Shown here: piece after piece, positions 1-9,569 of the stretch | Numbering within the stretch: the first letter of the stretch is position 1 | Layout of the letters: every line of letters starts with the position of its first letter | Source: a virus | Taxonomy: Duplodnaviria; Caudoviricetes | Virus record (IMG/VR): IMGVR_UViG_3300015050_000522 | Coordinates: 1-61,958 of that record | Direction: 5' to 3' (one strand) | Length of the DNA stretch: 61,958 nt | Position numbers and translations under genes: made by a program | The notes under the pieces: generated by a model | Told to the model about the DNA's origin: nothing | Seen by the model: the letters and a program-made list of their open reading frames with translations, nothing else | Databases searched by the model: none

Positions 1-123
1 CACAGGCACTGATTCGGTTTAGAAAAGGCGGGTTTATTCGTTTAGATACGGATGAACGCGATGAAGTACAAAGCTTTCGCCGCAAGAACGCATACTATTA
101 AGGTTACAACATGAGCATTGAAC
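1..123. repeat. Terminal direct repeat / circular assembly overlap (copy 1)
   Basis: 1-123 is identical to 61836-61958 and spans the TerL 3' end and the portal start. Confidence 0.97.
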
Positions 124-2588
124 AATCTCTTAATCCTCCCCCTTTGGGGCTTGATAGTCTTATGCAGGAGGATGGCCCGGATTTAGAAATTGAAATTGAG
201 AATCCAGATGGTGTGCGCCTAGATATGAATGGCGTAGAAATTGTTATTGAGAACGAGCCAGAGGATGTTGAATTTGGCGATAACTTGGCCGAAGAGCTTC
301 ATAAGTCAGAACTATCAATTATTGCCAATGACATATTGGAAATGGTTGATGCGGATATTAATAGTCGCAAAGACTGGGTAGAGATGTATGTCAAGGGCTT
401 GGAAGTCCTTGGTATGAAGTATGAAGAGCGTACTGAGCCGTGGCTTGGCGCTTGTGGTGTTTTCTCTACCGTACTAACTGAAGCCGCCGTTCGATTTCAG
501 AGTGAAACCATTCTTGAAACATTCCCGGCGCAAGGCCCGGTCAAGACGGAAATCATTGGCGCTATAGATAAGATGAAGGAAGAGGCGGCTGAGCGGGTTC
601 GTGAAGACATGAACTATCAGTTGACCGAAGAAATGCCAGAGTACAGGCCAGAGCATGAAAAGATGCTTTATTCACTTGGCTTGGCTGGATCTGCGTTTAA
701 GAAGGTGTACTACGACCCTTCAATGAAACGTCAAGCGGCGATGTTTATTCCCGCTGAAGACATGATTATCCCGTATGGCGCATCTAGCTTGATTAGTTCT
801 GAGCGCGTAACGCACATCATGCGTAAAACGAAGAACGACATCCGTAAATTGCAGGTGTCAGGCTTCTATCGGGATGTAGATTTGGGTGAACCAGTAATGA
901 TTCACACCGACATTGAGAAAAAGAAAGCTGAAGATGCTGGTTTTAGTCTGACAGACGATGACCGATACCAAATTCTTGAGGTTCAGATTGACTATGACCT
1001 TCCCGGCTTTGAAGATGATGACGGAATTGCCCTGCCATACGTCATTACTATTGACCGAAACACTCAAGAAGTGCTGGCAATCCGCCGTAACTATGATGAA
1101 GACGACGAAACACGGGCAAAACGTGAGCATTTTGTCCAATATACATACATTCCCGGCTTTGGAGCTTATGGCCTTGGCTTAATTGCACTGATTGGTGGCT
1201 ATGCACGGGCTGGTACGTCACTAATTCGCCAGTTGATTGACGCTGGAACGTTGTCTAACCTACCGGGTGGCCTTAAATCACGCGGTTTGCGTATCAAAGG
1301 TGACGATACACCGATTGCACCGGGCGAATTCCGCGATGTAGACGTTCCATCAGGTACGGTACGCGACAACATTATGGCTTTGCCATATAAAGAGCCGAGT
1401 GCTGTTTTGGCGGCACTGCTAGATAAGATTACCGACGAAGGCAGACGCTTGGGTTCTATTGCTGACATGAATGTTAGCGACATGAGCGCCAATTCCCCGG
1501 TTGGAACTACGCTGGCAATCCTTGAGCGACAGCTTAAAAATATGTCGGCAGTGCAGGCGCGAGTTCACTTCTCAATGAAACAGGAATTTAAGCTGCTCAA
1601 AGGAATTATTCGAGACTACACGCCAAAAGAATACGAATACAACCCACAAGGTAACAACCGTAAAGCCAAACAAAGCGACTACGACATTGTTGAAGTGATT
1701 CCAGTTAGCGATCCGAATAGCTCCACGATGGCGCAACGGATTATGCAGTACCAAGCAATCATTCAGTTGTCGCAGCAAGCACCGCAGATATATGATTTGC
1801 CTCAGTTGCACCGCCAGATGATTGAAGTGCTGGGCGTGAAGAATGCAGACAAACTGGTTCCAGTTGAAGATGATTTAACTCCACGAGATCCAGTTAGCGA
1901 GAACATGGCGTTCCTTACTGGCAAGCCTACTAAAGCGTTTATCTATCAAGACCACGATGCACACATTGCAGTGCATACGGCTTTGATGCAAGACCCTACT
2001 ATGGCTGCACAAATGGGACAAAACCCACAAGCGCAAAAAATGATGGCCTCTATTCAGGCGCACATAGCAGAGCATTTGGCCTTTGCATATCGCAAGAAAG
2101 TTGAAGAGCAGTTGGGCGTACCAATGCCAGCGCCTAACTCCAAACTGCCTGAAGAGGTTGAAGTTCAACTGTCCCGTGTTGTGGCTCAAGCTGCTCAACA
2201 AGTTTTGGCACAAAGCAAAGGCCAAGCTCAACAACAGGAAGCCCAGCAGCAAGCGCAAGACCCGTTGGTTCAAATGCAACAACAAGAGTTGCAGATTAAA
2301 CAAACAGAAGCTCAAGCCAAGATTGCAAAAACCCAAGGCGAATTAGAAATTAAGAAGCAGGAATTGCAGTTAAAGATGCAGCAAGGCAACCAAGCCAAGC
2401 CTGATAATTCACAAGCACTTGTGCAAAAGCAACAGGCTGAAATGCAAATGATGCTGCAACGTCATCAGCAGGAAATGGCTCAAAATGCACAAGCATTCCA
2501 GCAGCGCATGGATATTGAAAAACAGTCAGCAGAGCAGCGCAATCAAATTGCTTTGATGCAGGCTCAAAACATAAAAGGAAATGAATAA
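111..2588 (+). CDS. Portal protein (podovirus type, Gln-rich coiled-coil C-terminus)
   Basis: 825 aa directly after TerL; GSAFKKVYYD motif; long Q-rich tail resembling a portal barrel. Confidence 0.9.
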   Translation: MSIEQSLNPPPLGLDSLMQEDGPDLEIEIENPDGVRLDMNGVEIVIENEPEDVEFGDNLAEELHKSELSIIANDILEMVDADINSRKDWVEMYVKGLEVLGMKYEERTEPWLGACGVFSTVLTEAAVRFQSETILETFPAQGPVKTEIIGAIDKMKEEAAERVREDMNYQLTEEMPEYRPEHEKMLYSLGLAGSAFKKVYYDPSMKRQAAMFIPAEDMIIPYGASSLISSERVTHIMRKTKNDIRKLQVSGFYRDVDLGEPVMIHTDIEKKKAEDAGFSLTDDDRYQILEVQIDYDLPGFEDDDGIALPYVITIDRNTQEVLAIRRNYDEDDETRAKREHFVQYTYIPGFGAYGLGLIALIGGYARAGTSLIRQLIDAGTLSNLPGGLKSRGLRIKGDDTPIAPGEFRDVDVPSGTVRDNIMALPYKEPSAVLAALLDKITDEGRRLGSIADMNVSDMSANSPVGTTLAILERQLKNMSAVQARVHFSMKQEFKLLKGIIRDYTPKEYEYNPQGNNRKAKQSDYDIVEVIPVSDPNSSTMAQRIMQYQAIIQLSQQAPQIYDLPQLHRQMIEVLGVKNADKLVPVEDDLTPRDPVSENMAFLTGKPTKAFIYQDHDAHIAVHTALMQDPTMAAQMGQNPQAQKMMASIQAHIAEHLAFAYRKKVEEQLGVPMPAPNSKLPEEVEVQLSRVVAQAAQQVLAQSKGQAQQQEAQQQAQDPLVQMQQQELQIKQTEAQAKIAKTQGELEIKKQELQLKMQQGNQAKPDNSQALVQKQQAEMQMMLQRHQQEMAQNAQAFQQRMDIEKQSAEQRNQIALMQAQNIKGNE

Positions 2589-2782
2589 TGGAATCCAAAG
2601 TATTTGATATTGCTATCGGCAAACTTGACGAACATATCAAAAATTTGGTTGAGGTCTTGAGTGGTGGTGGAGCTAAATCCTACGACCACTATAAAGAACT
2701 GTGCGGGAAAATCCAAGGTTTCCAGACCGCGCAGTATGAACTTGGCGACCTTGTGCGTAGACTAAAGGAAAACGATGACTAA
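2588..2782 (+). CDS. Small conserved head-module protein
   Basis: Coupled to the portal stop; YDHYKELCGKIQG motif. Confidence 0.75.
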   Translation: MESKVFDIAIGKLDEHIKNLVEVLSGGGAKSYDHYKELCGKIQGFQTAQYELGDLVRRLKENDD

Positions 2783-3173
2783 ATTTGATCTTGGTGCGAT
2801 TGATCTTTCTGGTGTGCTAAATACCTCTCAGGAAGAGAAAGCCAAGCAAGTACCTGACCCAGTGACCTATCACATTCTTTGCGTGCTTCCGGATGCGGAA
2901 AAAGAGTATGAAGGTGGTTTGCTCAAAGCAAGCCAAACCATACAGTTTGAGGAATTACTTTCCCCTGTACTGTTTGTGGCAAAAATTGGCCCTGATGCCT
3001 TTAAAGATGAAAAGCGATTTCCATCTGGCCCGTCCTGCAAAGAAGGCGATTTTGTTTTAGTTAGACCCAATACTGGTACGCGAATGAAAATTCACGGACA
3101 GGAAATGCGTCTGATTAACGACGATAGCATTCAAGCAGTAGTTCAAGATCCTCGTGGCCTTCAACGGGTTTAA
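2775..3173 (+). CDS. GroES/Cpn10-like co-chaperonin
   Basis: Cpn10 pattern: EGGLL mobile loop, VAKIGPD, KEGDFVLV, RLINDDSIQAVV. Confidence 0.85.
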   Translation: MTKFDLGAIDLSGVLNTSQEEKAKQVPDPVTYHILCVLPDAEKEYEGGLLKASQTIQFEELLSPVLFVAKIGPDAFKDEKRFPSGPSCKEGDFVLVRPNTGTRMKIHGQEMRLINDDSIQAVVQDPRGLQRV

Positions 3174-3184
3174 AGGAATACATC

Positions 3185-4138
3185 ATGGCTGAATTTGAAA
3201 AAACAGAATTTGAGTTTCCTGACGAAAAGGAAGAGAAGGCTACAAAAGTAGCTGGTCGCGCCTCGGAGCAGGAAGAAGAGCCAGAAATTGAAGTGGTTGA
3301 TGACACGCCAGAACGTGATCGCAACCGCACCAAAATGGCTGAGCCGCCCAAAGAGTTTGCTGACGAAGAGTTGAATAAGTACGACGAGAGCGTACAGAAA
3401 CGAATCAAGCATTTTACTAAGGGTTATCACGAAGAGCGCCGTGCAAAAGAGGCAGTTCAACGTGAGAAGGATGAAGCTATTCGCTTTGCCCAAACGATGG
3501 TTGAAGAGAATAAGCGCCTAAAAGGTTCGGTTAATCAAGGCCAAACAGCTTTGATTGAACAAGCCAAAAAGGTAGTTGCTAGTGAGCTTGAAAAAGCAAA
3601 GCAGCAATATAAAGATGCTTATGAAGCGGGTGATTCAAATGCCTTGGTAGACGCTCAGGAAAATCTAACTAGCGTTAAAATGAAGGCAGAGCGGGTTAAT
3701 AACTTTAAACCTCCTGCTGTACAAGAAGACGAAACTGATGTACAAACGCTACAACAGAAGTTTAAAGAACCGCCAATTGATGATAAATTAGCGGCATGGC
3801 AGGAAAAGAATCCTTGGTTTGGTAAGAATAAACGGATGTCTGCTTACGCCCTTGGGCTGCATGAAGATTTGACTGAAGAAGGTATTACCACTGGAAGCGA
3901 CGAATACTATAAACGTATTGACGCTGACATGAAAGAAAGATTTTCGGAGCAGTTTGGAGCCGAAGAGAAAGTTGATGCGAAATCTCAACGAACTAAATCC
4001 AACGTTGTTGCACCTGCAACCCGTAGCACAGCGCCTCGAAAGATCGTGCTTACGCAGACACAGGTGAATCTCGCCAAACGGCTTGGTGTTCCATTGGAAC
4101 TCTACGCTCGTAAGGTTGCTGAAGAAATGAGGAAATGA
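3185..4138 (+). CDS. Putative capsid scaffolding protein
   Basis: Acidic coiled-coil, WQEKNPWFG motif, C-terminal helix hook; lies between portal and capsid genes. Confidence 0.75.
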   Translation: MAEFEKTEFEFPDEKEEKATKVAGRASEQEEEPEIEVVDDTPERDRNRTKMAEPPKEFADEELNKYDESVQKRIKHFTKGYHEERRAKEAVQREKDEAIRFAQTMVEENKRLKGSVNQGQTALIEQAKKVVASELEKAKQQYKDAYEAGDSNALVDAQENLTSVKMKAERVNNFKPPAVQEDETDVQTLQQKFKEPPIDDKLAAWQEKNPWFGKNKRMSAYALGLHEDLTEEGITTGSDEYYKRIDADMKERFSEQFGAEEKVDAKSQRTKSNVVAPATRSTAPRKIVLTQTQVNLAKRLGVPLELYARKVAEEMRK

Positions 4139-4593
4139 AAATGGCTGGAACACCCCGTATTACTCGTGAACTTGATACCCGCGAACTGATGGAGCGCCCT
4201 AAACAGTGGATGCCCCCTCAACTTCTGCCCGATCCGAATCCGGAACCGGGTTATGCTTTTCGCTGGATTCGTGTAAGCACGCTTAATAAGTCTGACCCGA
4301 CTAACATTTCATCGAAACTTCGTGAAGGCTGGGAACCTGTAAAGGCGATAGATCATCCTGAAATCCGTCTATTTGGAAAAGGCAATGCCGACTTTCCAGA
4401 TTGTGTGGAAGTAGGTGGCCTGTTGCTTTGTAAAACCCCAGTTGAGTTTACTGTGCAGCGTGACGCATATTATCGCCAACAAGCAGATGTGCAGATGCAA
4501 TCAGTAGATAGCAACTATATGCGCGAAAGCGATCCACGGATGCCGCTGTTTAAGGACAAACGCTCTGAGGTGACTTTCGGAAAAGGTCTTTAA
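4135..4593 (+). CDS. Conserved head-module hypothetical protein
   Basis: ATGA overlap; PGYAFRWIR...REGWEPV motif. Confidence 0.75.
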   Translation: MKMAGTPRITRELDTRELMERPKQWMPPQLLPDPNPEPGYAFRWIRVSTLNKSDPTNISSKLREGWEPVKAIDHPEIRLFGKGNADFPDCVEVGGLLLCKTPVEFTVQRDAYYRQQADVQMQSVDSNYMRESDPRMPLFKDKRSEVTFGKGL

Positions 4594-4609
4594 TTTTTAG
4601 GAGTCAAAT

Positions 4610-5227
4610 ATGGCATACCCTACGGTCAGCGCCCCATATGGGCTGAAGCCAATCAATTTGATTGGTGGTCAAGTGTTTGCGGGTTCAACCCGACTAATGG
4701 AAATTGCAAGCGGTTATAACGCTAACATTTTCTACGGCGATTTCGTCAAGCGCGTTATTGGTGGAACTATCGAAAAAGATACTGGCACAACGGCTAATAC
4801 CCCTTGTGGCGTGTTTCTTGGCGTTAGTTTTACCAGCGCATCTACTGGTCAAATCCAGCAACAGCAGTTTTATCCAGCTAGTCAAGCAATCAAGTCGGGG
4901 ACTAAAATCTTCGCCGTGGTCGCTGATGATCCAGATACGCTGTTCCAAGTTGCTGTTTGCTCGTCCGGTGTTGTGATGGCTACTGTGACTCAAAACGCTA
5001 TTGGTACGAATATGTCGATTCTGGCAACGGCTGGTTCTACGACTACTGGTAACTCTAGTTACTCAGTGTTGAGCACCTCGCCTGCTGTAACGGCTACTTT
5101 CCCAGTTCGCGTTATCGACGTTGTTCCAGCAACCGCTCCATCTGCTACTACGTACAGTGAAGTGATTGTGAAGATCAATTTTGGTATCCATCAGTACAAC
5201 AACGCCACTGGCTTGGCATACGCATAA
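4610..5227 (+). CDS. Putative capsid decoration/minor capsid protein
   Basis: AGGAG RBS; APYGLKP...IFYGDFV...VADDPD; beta-rich; precedes the major capsid gene. Confidence 0.65.
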   Translation: MAYPTVSAPYGLKPINLIGGQVFAGSTRLMEIASGYNANIFYGDFVKRVIGGTIEKDTGTTANTPCGVFLGVSFTSASTGQIQQQQFYPASQAIKSGTKIFAVVADDPDTLFQVAVCSSGVVMATVTQNAIGTNMSILATAGSTTTGNSSYSVLSTSPAVTATFPVRVIDVVPATAPSATTYSEVIVKINFGIHQYNNATGLAYA

Positions 5228-5238
5228 GGAGCTAAATC

Positions 5239-6150
5239 ATGGCTATTTCACGCGCACAACTACTTAAAGAACTGCTTCCCGGCCTGAACGCTTTGTTTGG
5301 TCTGGAGTATGCAAAATACGGCGAAGAGCATAAAGAAATCTACGAAACCGAATCTTCGGAGCGTAGTTTTGAAGAAGAAACCAAACTCTCTGGTTTCTCC
5401 GCTGCTCCAGTGAAGAACGAGGGTTCTGCCATTGCTTATGACAATGCACAGGAAGCTTGGACTGCACGTTACAACCACGAAACTATCGCAATGGGTTTTG
5501 CCATTACGGAAGAGGCTGTGGAAGACAACTTGTATGATTCACTGTCGTCACGTTATACCAAGGCTCTGGCCCGTGGTATGGCATACACCAAGCAAGTTAA
5601 AGCTGCTTCGATCTTGAACAACGCTTTTACCGCTGGTTATACCTACGGCGACGGTCAAGTTCTCTGCTCTACGGCTCACCCACTGGTTTCTGGTGGCGTT
5701 AACAGCAACCGCCCTTCTACTGGCGCTGACTTGAACGAAACTTCGTTGGAAAACGCAGTTATTCAAATCGCCGCTTGGACGGACGAGCGTGGTCTGCTGA
5801 TTGCTGCAAAACCAAAGAAGCTGGTTGTTCCTCCTTCGCTGATGTTCGTCGCCACTCGCTTGCTCGAAACGGAACTCCGTGTCGGCACGACTGATAACGA
5901 CATCAACGCATTGAAGAACAATGGTTCGATTCCAGAAGGTTACTGCGTTAACCACTTCTTGACCGATACCAACGGCTGGTTCTTGTTGACTGACGTTCCA
6001 AACGGTCTGAAGCATTTCATCCGTACTCCGCTGCAAAACAGCATGGATGGAGACTTCGACACCGGGAACGTTCGTTATAAAGCACGTGAACGGTACTCGT
6101 TTGGTGTCTCAGATCCTTTGGGCATATTCGGCTCGCCGGGGTCTAGTTAA
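5239..6150 (+). CDS. Major capsid protein (HK97 fold)
   Basis: MAISRAQLLKELLPGL start, PKKLVVPP, DFDTGNVRYKARERYSFG; strong RBS and strongly biased codons. Confidence 0.92.
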   Translation: MAISRAQLLKELLPGLNALFGLEYAKYGEEHKEIYETESSERSFEEETKLSGFSAAPVKNEGSAIAYDNAQEAWTARYNHETIAMGFAITEEAVEDNLYDSLSSRYTKALARGMAYTKQVKAASILNNAFTAGYTYGDGQVLCSTAHPLVSGGVNSNRPSTGADLNETSLENAVIQIAAWTDERGLLIAAKPKKLVVPPSLMFVATRLLETELRVGTTDNDINALKNNGSIPEGYCVNHFLTDTNGWFLLTDVPNGLKHFIRTPLQNSMDGDFDTGNVRYKARERYSFGVSDPLGIFGSPGSS

Positions 6151-6185
6151 GTCGCAGACCGCATCTAGCCTCGCTAGTTTGCTAT

Positions 6186-6213
6186 AAAAAGGGGAGCGTC
6201 GGCTCCCTTTTTT
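6186..6213 (+). terminator. Intrinsic terminator after the capsid gene
   Basis: GGGAGC-GTCG-GCTCCC stem flanked by A and T tracts. Confidence 0.85.
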
Positions 6214-6241
6214 ACGTCTAAAAATAAGTTTACTACAACTG

Positions 6242-6290
6242 TTGCGCGGAAAAATAAGGTGTGATATATTACCTGTAACTAAGTCACAGG
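6242..6290 (+). promoter_or_regulatory. Sigma70-like promoter plus RBS-sequestering hairpin for the HNH gene
   Basis: TTGCGC-17-TATATT with extended TG; CCTGTAACT-A-AGTCACAGG overlaps the AGGAG SD. Confidence 0.6.
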
Positions 6291-6297
6291 AGCATAT

Positions 6298-6888
6298 ATG
6301 GATACCGCCACACTACCTAAGACCCGCAGCAACGCCATCGCGGTGGGGGCTAAGTTCTACTTTACTGGTGAACCTTGCAAACACGGGCACATAGCGCCAC
6401 GCAAGACCAAAGGCGTATGTATTGAATGTATGAAGGCTGAGTGGGTAGACGCGGCAACTAAACGCGGCGACTATTTTGCAGCGTACAACAGGCGCAAGTC
6501 TGTCAAAGAGGCAAAGCACGACTGGTACTTAGAAAACCGAGAGCAAGTTATGGCTGCTGCAAAAACTTGCCCTATTGAAAAAAAACGTGAGTATCAAGCC
6601 AAGTGGAAAGCCAACAATAAAACATGGGTTCGAGCAGACACTAAAGCTCGGCGACGCAAGCATCGGGAGGCCACTCCACCTTGGCTAACACCCAAGCAAA
6701 AATCGGAAATACGGCAGCTTTACCAAATTGCCATAACCATGACCCAAACAACCGGGGAACAGTATGTTGTAGACCACATTGTCCCACTGCGTTCGGATAT
6801 TGTATGTGGCTTGCATGTAGCTTGGAATTTACGTGTAATTACCCGTGCAGAGAATTTACAAAAGTCAAATAAACACCTTGCACCCTAA
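6298..6888 (+). CDS. Free-standing HNH homing endonuclease
   Basis: YFTGEPCKHGH and CIEC; ATPPWLT; VDHIVPL...GLHVAWNLRVITRAENLQKSN. Confidence 0.9.
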   Translation: MDTATLPKTRSNAIAVGAKFYFTGEPCKHGHIAPRKTKGVCIECMKAEWVDAATKRGDYFAAYNRRKSVKEAKHDWYLENREQVMAAAKTCPIEKKREYQAKWKANNKTWVRADTKARRRKHREATPPWLTPKQKSEIRQLYQIAITMTQTTGEQYVVDHIVPLRSDIVCGLHVAWNLRVITRAENLQKSNKHLAP

Positions 6889-6906
6889 CTTGCAACATGG
6901 TATAAA
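6878..6906 (+). promoter_or_regulatory. Sigma70-like promoter
   Basis: TTGCAC-17-TATAAA with extended TG. Confidence 0.6.
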
Positions 6907-6915
6907 TACGTCAAT

Positions 6916-6990
6916 CCGGGCTTTCCGGTGCATCAAACTGTCCCGGCAGACAACATACTGATTGATGCACTTCACTTGTATGTAAGGAAA
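6916..6990 (+). ncRNA. Candidate structured 5' leader RNA with pseudoknots
   Basis: GTGCATCAA/TTGATGCAC stem; CCGGG/CCCGG and ACATAC/GTATGT crossing pairings. Confidence 0.5.
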
Positions 6991-6995
6991 TCATC

Positions 6996-7475
6996 ATGGG
7001 ATTCGCAACTCACCTCGGCCCTTGGCTGCTTGGAACTGTTAAAAACACCACTGGTACTACTGCTGGTACAGTTCAAAATACAGGCGCTTCTATCGTAGCC
7101 CAAACTTTTGATTTGACCGCTGCACAAGTTATTGCTATTGCAGCTACTCCAACTACTATCGGCTTTATTCCCGCTGGTGCTGCAATTACTTCTGTACAGT
7201 TTTTGACTACTACCTTGTTCGCTTCGGCTACAACTTTGAAAGCTAGTATTGCTGGTGTTGATGTAAATACCGCATCTACCATCACTACTGCAAATACAGT
7301 CGTAGTAACCAACAGCGCTACCTTTACTCCAGTTGCAGCCAATGTTGGCTCTACGGATGCTGCAATTCTTCTCACGGCTACTGGTGCTTCGGCTACTGGT
7401 GCAGTGACTGTTGTTATTGCTTACATTGTGCGCGATAGCAGCGGCGCAATGACTCCATCTCCACAGCAAGCTTAA
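6996..7475 (+). CDS. Putative virion structural protein
   Basis: AAGGA RBS; Thr/Ala-rich beta protein; capsid-like codon bias. Confidence 0.75.
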   Translation: MGFATHLGPWLLGTVKNTTGTTAGTVQNTGASIVAQTFDLTAAQVIAIAATPTTIGFIPAGAAITSVQFLTTTLFASATTLKASIAGVDVNTASTITTANTVVVTNSATFTPVAANVGSTDAAILLTATGASATGAVTVVIAYIVRDSSGAMTPSPQQA

Positions 7476-7481
7476 TTAATC

Positions 7482-7504
7482 TAGGGGGCTTCGGCCCCTA
7501 TTTT
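7482..7504 (+). terminator. Hairpin/terminator with UUCG loop
   Basis: TAGGGGGC-TTCG-GCCCCTA followed by TTTT. Confidence 0.65.
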
Positions 7505-7518
7505 CAAGGAGATTAATT

Positions 7519-7827
7519 ATGCGTCAGCAAATAGCAACCAAGACGGGTACTGGCTCTAGTAACGTACTGCCAATGGATTTGTACATCAGCCCCTTCAATG
7601 TGGGCTTTGGTGTGGTAGCTACAGGCACAGTAACGTACACCGTACAACACACTTTTGACGACCCGCAGACCGTGGCTTCGCCTGTGTGGTTCTCACATCC
7701 AACGATTGCAGCCAAGTCTGACAATCAAGATGGAAACTACGCTTTCCCAGTTGCAGCGATTAAGGTTTTGGTCACTGCTGGTGCTGGTACGGCCACCATG
7801 ACATTGATTCAGACCGGAGTCGCCTAA
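7519..7827 (+). CDS. Virion-associated hypothetical protein
   Basis: AAGGAG RBS; YTVQHTFDDP...YAFPVAAIKV. Confidence 0.75.
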   Translation: MRQQIATKTGTGSSNVLPMDLYISPFNVGFGVVATGTVTYTVQHTFDDPQTVASPVWFSHPTIAAKSDNQDGNYAFPVAAIKVLVTAGAGTATMTLIQTGVA

Positions 7828-8063
7828 TGCCTTACGTTGGCTACACAGGCGTTGCAAATCAAGCTCAGACTAGCGATGGGTTTGCTTTGGACGTTAGTGC
7901 AGCCAATGTTATTGGGGGTGTCCCCGGGAATGATGTAGGTGATGATGGTGTTGTAGATAGGTACGGTATTGCCACGATAGCTACGTTTTATATTGCTGAC
8001 GAAGGCGCACCGGGTTATGTCTTACAAGAGTCAGGTGACAAAATTGTATTGGAGTCTTCATAA
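7827..8063 (+). CDS. Hypothetical protein
   Basis: TAATG coupling; C-terminal LQESGDKIVLE motif typical of fibre-associated proteins. Confidence 0.7.
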   Translation: MPYVGYTGVANQAQTSDGFALDVSAANVIGGVPGNDVGDDGVVDRYGIATIATFYIADEGAPGYVLQESGDKIVLESS

Positions 8064-8665
8064 TGGCTGACCAAAAAATATCAGCAATGCCTTCAGCGAC
8101 TGTTCCACTTTCGGGGGCAGAACTTGTTCCTATGGTGCAAGGCGGGACTAACGTCCAATCAACAATGGCAAATTTTGGGTATTATGCTCGTACCCAATAT
8201 TTCAACCACGGCGGTTGGCAAGATACAACGACTCAAACTGGAAGTATTACTGCTGGGACACCATTTACATTTAATACCACAGACGTATTAGATGGCGTAA
8301 CGTTAGTTTCCGGATCACAGCTTACGGTTCCGCTTAATGGGGTGTACAACATCCAGTGGAGCGGCCAGTTTCAAAATCCAGAAAATACTATTGAAGAAGT
8401 TACGGTATGGGTGCGTATTAATGGTGTTGATGTTCCTAGTTCGGCTGGCGTTATCGCTTTGCCAGCACGTAAAAATCCATCAGTTTTAGGTAGAGTGATT
8501 ATTGGTTGGAATTACTTTTTGCCCCTAACTGCCGGTCAGTACGTGCAGATCGTATGGTTGCCAAGCACTGCAACAGTTACTGCAATAACCATTCCAGCCA
8601 GCGCAGTAGCCCCAATTCACCCCGCCGCAGCATCTATTATTGTGACGGTCAACCAAGTAGGGTAA
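8063..8665 (+). CDS. Fibre-like protein with C1q/BclA-like C-terminal domain
   Basis: MADQKISAMP head motif; GVYNIQWSGQ...LTAGQYVQIVW. Confidence 0.65.
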   Translation: MADQKISAMPSATVPLSGAELVPMVQGGTNVQSTMANFGYYARTQYFNHGGWQDTTTQTGSITAGTPFTFNTTDVLDGVTLVSGSQLTVPLNGVYNIQWSGQFQNPENTIEEVTVWVRINGVDVPSSAGVIALPARKNPSVLGRVIIGWNYFLPLTAGQYVQIVWLPSTATVTAITIPASAVAPIHPAAASIIVTVNQVG

Positions 8666-8667
8666 TC

Positions 8668-8925
8668 ATGGCTACCAAGAAAACTCCCTCACTTGCCGTT
8701 GGTCGTGGCGAAAAACTTCCTGCCTCAAAAGGGGCTGGGTTGACTGCCAAAGGCCGTGCAAAGTACAACGCTGCTACTGGCAGCAACCTCAAAGCCCCGC
8801 AACCTCAAGGCGGTAAGCGCAAGGATTCGTTCTGCGCCCGTATGAGCGGTATGCCGGGGCCGATGAAAGATGAGAAGGGTAAGCCGACCCGTAAGGCCGC
8901 ATCACTAGCAAGATGGAAATGCTGA
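8668..8925 (+). CDS. Conserved basic phage protein (start reassigned to MATKK)
   Basis: GLTAKGRAKYN...SFCARM...SLARWKC motif. Confidence 0.75.
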   Translation: MATKKTPSLAVGRGEKLPASKGAGLTAKGRAKYNAATGSNLKAPQPQGGKRKDSFCARMSGMPGPMKDEKGKPTRKAASLARWKC

Positions 8926-8926
8926 C

Positions 8927-9175
8927 ATGGAAATGATGTTGTGGAATGTAGTCCTCAGTACGATTGTTGCAATTATGGGGTTTTTACTTAAATCTAAATT
9001 TGAAGAGCTAGATAGGCTTGGCATTTTGCTAAACCGTACCCGTGAAGAAGTTGCGCGTGACCATATAACTCGTTCAGAGTTCCGTGCAGACATGCAGCAG
9101 TTGATGGATAGGTTTGACAGACTTGAGCGTAAGATTGACAGTTTAGGATCGCACAATGCCAAGCACTTCGATTAA
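8927..9175 (+). CDS. Small membrane-anchored coiled-coil protein
   Basis: N-terminal hydrophobic helix followed by a coiled-coil. Confidence 0.7.
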   Translation: MEMMLWNVVLSTIVAIMGFLLKSKFEELDRLGILLNRTREEVARDHITRSEFRADMQQLMDRFDRLERKIDSLGSHNAKHFD

Positions 9176-9569
9176 ACAAAGAAATTTCATGGCTGCGATT
9201 GCCCACTCGCCATCGTTTGCCAAGAAAGTAGGAGTCCCGCAGTCCGTGGGAAAAGATTTTAACGAGGCCGACAAAGGCCGTAAATTTTCAAAAGGCGGTG
9301 ACACTATGGCTTCTAAAATGAACCCCGGATTTATGGCGATGATGGCTAAGAAAAAAGGCGCTGACAAAATGGCTGCTTTTGAAAAGTCTGGCAAAGATGT
9401 TGAGAAAAAGGGCGTTAAAGAAGGCTCTAAAGCTGACATGGCAATGGACAAAAAACAGATGGCTATGAAAAAGGGTGGCATGACCAAAATGGCTAAAGGT
9501 GGCGGTATTGAGTCCAAGGGTAAAACCAAGGGTACGATGATTGCCATGAAGAAAGGCGGGAAGTGCTAA
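9156..9569 (+). CDS. Lys/Met-rich protein with xxxGG motifs
   Basis: MPSTSIKQRNFMAAIAH N-terminus; MKKGG repeats. Confidence 0.75.
   Translation: MPSTSIKQRNFMAAIAHSPSFAKKVGVPQSVGKDFNEADKGRKFSKGGDTMASKMNPGFMAMMAKKKGADKMAAFEKSGKDVEKKGVKEGSKADMAMDKKQMAMKKGGMTKMAKGGGIESKGKTKGTMIAMKKGGKC

Noticed and set aside
1-123. 123-bp terminal repeat as a biological DTR
   Set aside because: It cuts through TerL and the portal start, so an assembler circularisation overlap is more likely.
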